A DNA stretch of 63,043 nucleotides, filler included, from Octopus bimaculoides (lineage: Eukaryota), in the NCBI RefSeq assembly GCF_001194135.2. It is 6 parts of 4 records of this genome, joined end to end, with 100 filler letters (N's around TTAATTAATTAA, not from the genome) between each part and the next. Parts side by side here need not be neighbours in the genome. Positions count along the whole stretch, not along the records: positions 57,343 to 63,043 come from NW_026338637.1; 5 more parts are not named here. One strand, 5' to 3'. How positions within the stretch are numbered: position 1 is the stretch's first letter; each line of letters opens with the position of its first letter. A program made the translations under genes and the position numbers. A model generated the notes under the pieces. That model ran no database searches, had not been told where the DNA came from, and was given only the letters and a program-made list of their open reading frames with translations. This document shows, piece by piece, positions 60,944 through 63,043 of this stretch.

Positions 60944-61684
60944 TATAAAAACGCACTCACACAAATATATAACAGCGAAACGCGCACACACACACACACA
61001 CACATACATATATATATATAGATAAGGATAGTGTAGAATATATCAAAATTAATCTCAATAATCTCAATATGTGAACCATAATTCTATATCTACTGAGTTA
61101 CATATCAAATGATATCAAAGATATTTTAAGAATTAAAAAATTTCTGTTCCTTAGTGGAGCATCTACTACACTATATCATAAATATACTATACATTTACAT
61201 ACAGATACACAGGCATAAAATTCACTGATGTGATATATATAATCCAATATAAGTTGACATTCACCATATTTTGTAACGTTATATTACTGAGTTGGTTGGA
61301 GTTAACAGGGTTCATTCAGACAATATCTGAGTAAGTGTGTTTGGGCATATTTGTGTGTGTTTATATGCATATATGTAATTCTGATCATGTGTATGTGCAT
61401 ACGTATGCATGTATTGTATATTAATAGTACCGTGGATGCTCCACTAAGACGGACAATAGATAGATGGATATGTCGATAGATGTGGGTGACAGAGAGTGCA
61501 TGCTTATACTTGCACAATTATTTTGAGATATACCTACACATGCACGTACAGAGAAAGAGAGAGAGAGAGGGGGAGACAGAAAAACACACATATACACACA
61601 TTTTATTTTGGTCGAGTATATGCATAGTTACTTATATATATACATATACAAATACACACATACATACACACATACATACATACA

Positions 61685-61716
<32 letters not shown>

Positions 61717-61717
<1 letters not shown>

Positions 61718-61830
61718 TCTTTTATTCTTTTACTTGTTTCAGTCATCTGACTGGGGCCATGCTGGAATACCGCTTTTTAGTCGAAGAAATCGACCCCTGA
61801 ACTTATTCTTTGCAAGCCTGGTACTTATTT
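61717..61830 (-). mobile_element. Family B SINE tail
   Basis: TTTTACTTGTTTCAGTCATCTGACTGGGGCCATGCTGG..GTCGAAGAAATCGACCCC. Confidence 0.75.
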
Positions 61831-63043
61831 TAAGGTCATTGTGATTCACCTTCTCGATCGTAACATACTTTTTTAAATCTCGCTTGAATCTTGCATGCGT
61901 TATCCTCTGTGTGTGNNNNNNNNNNNNNNNNNNNNNNNNNNNNNNNNNNNNNNNNNNNNNNNNNNNNNNNNNNNNNNNNNNNNNNNNNNNNNNNNNNNNN
62001 NNNNNNNNNNNNNNNNNNNNNNNNNNNNNNNNNNNNNNNNNNNNNNNNNNNNNNNNNNNNNNNNNNNNNNNNNNNNNNNNNNNNNNNNNNNNNNNNNNNN
62101 NNNNNNNNNNNNNNNNNNNNNNNNNNNNNNNNNNNNNNNNNNNNNNNNNNNNNNNNNNNNNNNNNNNNNNNNNNNNNNNNNNNNNNNNNNNNNNNNNNNN
62201 NNNNNNNNNNNNNNNNNNNNNNNNNNNNNNNNNNNNNNNNNNNNNNNNNNNNNNNNNNNNNNNNNNNNNNNNNNNNNNNNNNNNNNNNNNNNNNNNNNNN
62301 NNNNNNNNNNNNNNNNNNNNNNNNNNNNNNNNNNNNNNNNNNNNNNNNNNNNNNNNNNNNNNNNNNNNNNNNNNNNNNNNNNNNNNNNNNNNNNNNNNNN
62401 NNNNNNNNNNNNNNNNNNNNNNNNNNNNNNNNNNNNNNNNNNNNNNNNNNNNNNNNNNNNNNNNNNNNNNNNNNNNNNNNNNNNNNNNNNNNNNNNNNNN
62501 NNNNNNNNNNNNNNNNNNNNNNNNNNNNNNNNNNNNNNNNNNNNNNNNNNNNNNNNNNNNNNNNNNNNNNTATACCTCCCGGTCCTCTACATCCTGCTTG
62601 GAGAAGACAACGGGACACAACTCCACTATTCATCCCAAGTCATGGTAGCCGAAGTTTCTGTAATCAAAGGTGGCAGAATAGGGTACGGGCCCTCACAGGT
62701 CGTATAGACAGTGCTGGAAAAGGTTCACATGCACATGCACAGACGACCGCTAGACTAGACCAGACTAGACTAGACTAGACTAGACTAGATATTTGGACTG
62801 AGTATACGAATATATGTACATGTGAGCGCGCGCACACACCACACACAGACACGCAGAGATACGCACGAGTGCGCGCACGCACACACATTCATGCACATGG
62901 AGGAAAATAATCCTGTGACAAGTTCGTAAAAAGGAGGCGTTCAGAATCAAATTCAGGTACGCAATAGTTCAGAAAGCGGTGCATGCTATATCTTTTTCTT
63001 GATAAAAAGACTATTTCGTATTCTTAGAAAATTTCTTTCCAAT

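Noticed and set aside
62571-62750. GC-richer segment with open frames next to a gap
   Set aside because: No recognisable peptide in six frames and no clear splice signals.

Overview
This is a 63-kb slice of an AT-rich animal draft assembly with about 8 kb of N in 23 gaps. The SINE families and microsatellite load resemble an octopus genome; that assignment is from recollection and is not verified. I recognise no host protein-coding gene. Nearly all long ORFs in the track come from microsatellites or N runs. The real coding signal is decayed transposon sequence: two Penelope-like (PLE) GIY-YIG fragments, six pieces of R4/Dong-like non-LTR retrotransposons, four mariner copies (one near full length) and two maT/DD37D fragments. 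Also present are a hAT MITE, a non-autonomous Helitron, foldback elements and dozens of tRNA-derived SINEs from at least four families. The most interesting signal is a set of sequence-distinct minimal type I hammerhead ribozyme motifs. One sits downstream of a tRNA-derived Pol III head (50.9-51.2 kb), one in the inverted terminus of a Penelope fragment (8.2 kb), and one pair in a 260-bp tandem repeat (33.6-34.1 kb). Other leads are a pri-miRNA-like hairpin (58979-59060), stacking of R4/Dong elements in microsatellites, several motif-dense non-repeat islands (octamer, CRE, CpG-rich) and a candidate 36-nt minus-strand microexon. All structures were folded or aligned by eye.
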